Shown: one piece after another, positions 61,540-64,000 of the stretch
Layout of the letters: every line of letters starts with the position of its first letter
Numbering within the stretch: the first letter of the stretch is position 1
Assembly (NCBI GenBank): GCA_002498525.1
Contig: DAHR01000019.1
Span: 39,404-103,403 of the forward strand
Direction: 5' to 3'
Source of the DNA: Euryarchaeota archaeon UBA58
Lineage (GTDB): Archaea; Thermoplasmatota; Poseidoniia; Poseidoniales; Thalassarchaeaceae
Length of the DNA: 64,000 nt
Made by a program: the position numbers and the translations under genes
The notes under the pieces: model-generated
Database searches by the model: none
Seen by the model: the letters and a program-made list of their open reading frames with translations, nothing else
What the model was told of the DNA's origin: nothing

Positions 61540-64000
61540 TCAACGAGTTCGAAGTCGCTCGTACAATTTTCCGCGTAACGGCATGTCGTGCTCCCATGCG
61601 AATTCCTTCATCACCCGCAGCGACTCCTTCTCGAGGTTTGGATCTCCGACAAAATCCGTCACGTGGATGACTCCTTCTCTGGTGTTGGCCTTGAATGCGG
61701 CTACGGCTTCCTCCTTGTGGAAGACGAGGTAGGCGGAACCGTACCCGAAGCGCTCACGCAGCATGCTGCCGAAGTAATGAATCAACGGATCGGAAGGGGG
61801 GATGACCAAATCACGCGAGCGACGCAGAGTCTCTGATTCGTCGAGGATATCGAGACGACCCCAGCAGACATCGTGCATATCGTCGACGAGGAAGCCCTTG
61901 ATGAGTGTGCCATCCTCCTCGAATTCACGCATCACATCACTGATGTCCTCGGCGGAGAATGGTGCGCCTGCGAGCCTCTCGACCTGTTTGAGGGTGAGAA
62001 CGGGAAAATCCTTGACCAATTCCCGCAGATAATCTCTCTTGACCTCCCAGAGATTCAAGCCGGTAAATGGCTCGACGGTCTTGAAGCCACCACGATAATC
62101 CTGCACCAGATGACCACTGCGGACCAGGGGCGAGATCAGTTTCCTGAACTCGGCTCGCCTCATCGCGTACCTCTCCATGTAAATCGTAGGGTCGTGATGA
62201 TCCCTGAAGAATTGCAGGATGTCTTCGTCTTCCTCCGGAGCCGAGAAGTTACGAATCGTCAACAAGCGCCTGAAATGCTCCATCCGCGCCCAGACGAGAT
62301 GGCCGCGCAGATTCGTTCCGTGATGCAATTGATGGGCGGCTGCCATCGATTTGAGATTGACGCGGAACATCTCACAGCGTCCGCGCAAGGCGAAATCATC
62401 GCGGAGTTCATTCATGTGTTCCAGAGCGATGTTCTCGTTCTCGTAGCGGCTGTTCTGATGTAATGAATGGTGATGGAAGAGTGCTCGATTGATCTGTTTT
62501 CGAGACATCGGCTGGACCACGCCGCCACGGATGTACCGCTCACCATCACCCATCGATTTGAATCCAAGATCGGCGAGAATCTGCTGCACGGCTTCATCGC
62601 AGTCATGCACCGGAACGCCATTGAATGAATGGATGAGTGAGACATCGACGAGCCGATCTCGATAATTCTCCAACAATTCATTGAATGTGTCTTTGAATTC
62701 GTCGAGATAAGAATGAGGTATGTTGACGTCCTTTATCTCGAGATAATCATTGACGACGAACATCAGGATCCGCCCGACTGGATCGACGCCCTTGAAGACC
62801 GGGTGGTACCAGCCCTGTTTGAGAATCAGGCGGACCTCCTGAATGAAGCGGCTGCAAAATGGATCAGACTGCGACAATATGCGCATCGTGCGGTCTTCGG
62901 CAATCGGTGAAAGGAGACTTTCTGCATCGATTTCACTGGAATAATAATCCGTGGGATCAGGTTGCAAGGCAACGATTCTGACGATCTTCTTGGAATTCTC
63001 CAAGTCCCTGAGGACCTCCGCCAATTCCTCCACTGGCCGTGTGACGAAGAAGCGGAGCGTGTGTAATCGAACAGGTCCGATTCTCTCGATGAGCGCTGTC
63101 ACCGCCTCGGGGAAGCTCATCGGCTCGACTACTCCGTAGATTCGATGGAAAAGCGCCAACGATCGTTTGCGATTCGGCAATTCGATGTATTTCTTGCCGA
63201 CGAGGAGTTGGCGCTCGAGATTCGCAAGAGCGCTCTTGATCGAGCGCTGGATGGGAATGTTCTCCTTTCCTTTTGGATAATCGGCGAAGAGTTCGGCCCG
63301 CGAGATGCCTTCTTTGGGGATCTTCTCCAGCAATTCCTCCTCGTACGGGCCGAGCCACGGCTCACCACGCAGACCGAGGAAGAGGGGCAGTTGATCCTCT
63401 ATCGTGTAGCCGACGCGATTATGCAGCAGTCTGCCATTGATGATGTCAGGGTCGTGTTTGATGTCCTTCCAATCGCGGAATCGATAATTCTTGACTCGGT
63501 GCAGCATCTCATCTCGTCTCTGCACGAAGACGAGGTTGCGGATGGCGTCGGCGGGCTCTTCGAACTGAGTGAATGATTTCTGCAGGATCAAGGTCTGGAG
63601 CGTGCGATAATCGACGACTTCGACCTGCCCGCCGGTGATTCTGTATTCGTCGACGCGCAGAATGTATTCACCATCATCGGTCTGTGTGAAGAAGCCGATC
63701 GAGACGAGGTTGCGCATCTCCAGTTCCTGCAATACCGATTCGACCTGAGCGCGAGGGAATGGCAGTCTCTCGACAAGAATATTGAGAGTCGCTGGGCCTT
63801 CAGAGCCGAGCATGTCGAGCAGTTTCAGGCGCAGACAATCTATCGGGTCAGAGAGATAGGTCTTCTTCCACTTATTCGGCTGTCCTTCCTTGAAATCGAA
63901 ACCGGTCTCATAAGTCATCCCACCGGTGTAGAGTTTCCTCAGATCCTCCATCTCCTCGGCTCCCGCGACAGCCAGACAGCCGAGGGTGCCATGGACGCCG
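61540..64000 (-). CDS. C-terminal ~800 aa of a large protein continuing past the window edge; winged-helix / AlkZ(YcaQ)-like repeats as in Lhr-type helicase C-terminal regions
   Basis: The frame stays open upstream of the track ATG (63951) to position 64000 (...GVHGTLGCLAVAGAEE-MEDL...). 'LVIPPSDPLIHYFGSMLRERFGYGSAYLVF' resembles the YcaQ/AlkZ C-terminal pattern. No helicase motifs are visible in this part. Confidence 0.45.
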   Translation of the reverse strand, partial: GVHGTLGCLAVAGAEEMEDLRKLYTGGMTYETGFDFKEGQPNKWKKTYLSDPIDCLRLKLLDMLGSEGPATLNILVERLPFPRAQVESVLQELEMRNLVSIGFFTQTDDGEYILRVDEYRITGGQVEVVDYRTLQTLILQKSFTQFEEPADAIRNLVFVQRRDEMLHRVKNYRFRDWKDIKHDPDIINGRLLHNRVGYTIEDQLPLFLGLRGEPWLGPYEEELLEKIPKEGISRAELFADYPKGKENIPIQRSIKSALANLERQLLVGKKYIELPNRKRSLALFHRIYGVVEPMSFPEAVTALIERIGPVRLHTLRFFVTRPVEELAEVLRDLENSKKIVRIVALQPDPTDYYSSEIDAESLLSPIAEDRTMRILSQSDPFCSRFIQEVRLILKQGWYHPVFKGVDPVGRILMFVVNDYLEIKDVNIPHSYLDEFKDTFNELLENYRDRLVDVSLIHSFNGVPVHDCDEAVQQILADLGFKSMGDGERYIRGGVVQPMSRKQINRALFHHHSLHQNSRYENENIALEHMNELRDDFALRGRCEMFRVNLKSMAAAHQLHHGTNLRGHLVWARMEHFRRLLTIRNFSAPEEDEDILQFFRDHHDPTIYMERYAMRRAEFRKLISPLVRSGHLVQDYRGGFKTVEPFTGLNLWEVKRDYLRELVKDFPVLTLKQVERLAGAPFSAEDISDVMREFEEDGTLIKGFLVDDMHDVCWGRLDILDESETLRRSRDLVIPPSDPLIHYFGSMLRERFGYGSAYLVFHKEEAVAAFKANTREGVIHVTDFVGDPNLEKESLRVMKEFAWEHDMPLRGKLYERLRTR

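Noticed and set aside
1-64000. CRISPR arrays, transposases, integrases, toxin-antitoxin pairs, restriction-modification or other defence islands, inteins, rRNA genes
   Set aside because: I looked for regularly spaced repeats, DDE/tyrosine-recombinase-like ORFs, split conserved genes and rRNA-like stretches and found none. Apart from a few non-coding elements, the window consists of housekeeping and uncharacterised protein genes.

Overview
Densely coding archaeal chromosomal segment. Archaeal markers include ribosomal proteins S19e/L39e/L31e/S17e/L37ae, aEF-2, PAN, proteasome alpha, exosome Rrp4/41/42, Kae1, PriS, TiaS and an archaeosortase. Gene content suggests a heterotrophic planktonic Thermoplasmatota-like euryarchaeon, but this is inference only. 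I call about 75 protein genes, one tRNA-Val(GAC) and a few non-coding elements. Recognisable modules: an r-protein cluster; rhh-folE-queE-queC/msrB-queD (preQ0/archaeosine precursor); methylmalonyl-CoA mutase and epimerase; a complete folate-dependent histidine-utilisation set (hutH, hutU, hutI, formimidoyltransferase, cyclodeaminase); futalosine-pathway menaquinone genes; split transketolase; IPK plus an IDI-GGPP synthase fusion; S12-S7-EF-2; an extended exosome/proteasome superoperon; and gmhA-gmhB-tiaS opposite an archaeosortase. I found no CRISPR array, transposase, integrase or recognisable defence system, and no convincing discrete novel multi-gene system. The unusual items are: two domain fusions (QueC-MsrB lacking the QueC cysteine cluster; type-1 IDI fused to GGPPS); an RHH gene with nested palindromic operator-like repeats ahead of the preQ0 operon; a ~20-nt degenerate tandem repeat array at the kptA 3' end; several small uncharacterised gene sets (a degenerate-P-loop RecA-like protein, a PriS-linked acidic repeat protein with an RDD-like membrane protein, a PqqD-like gene at the left edge); and an upward GC drift across the window. 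All functional calls rest on motif recognition by eye. No database search or computation was run.
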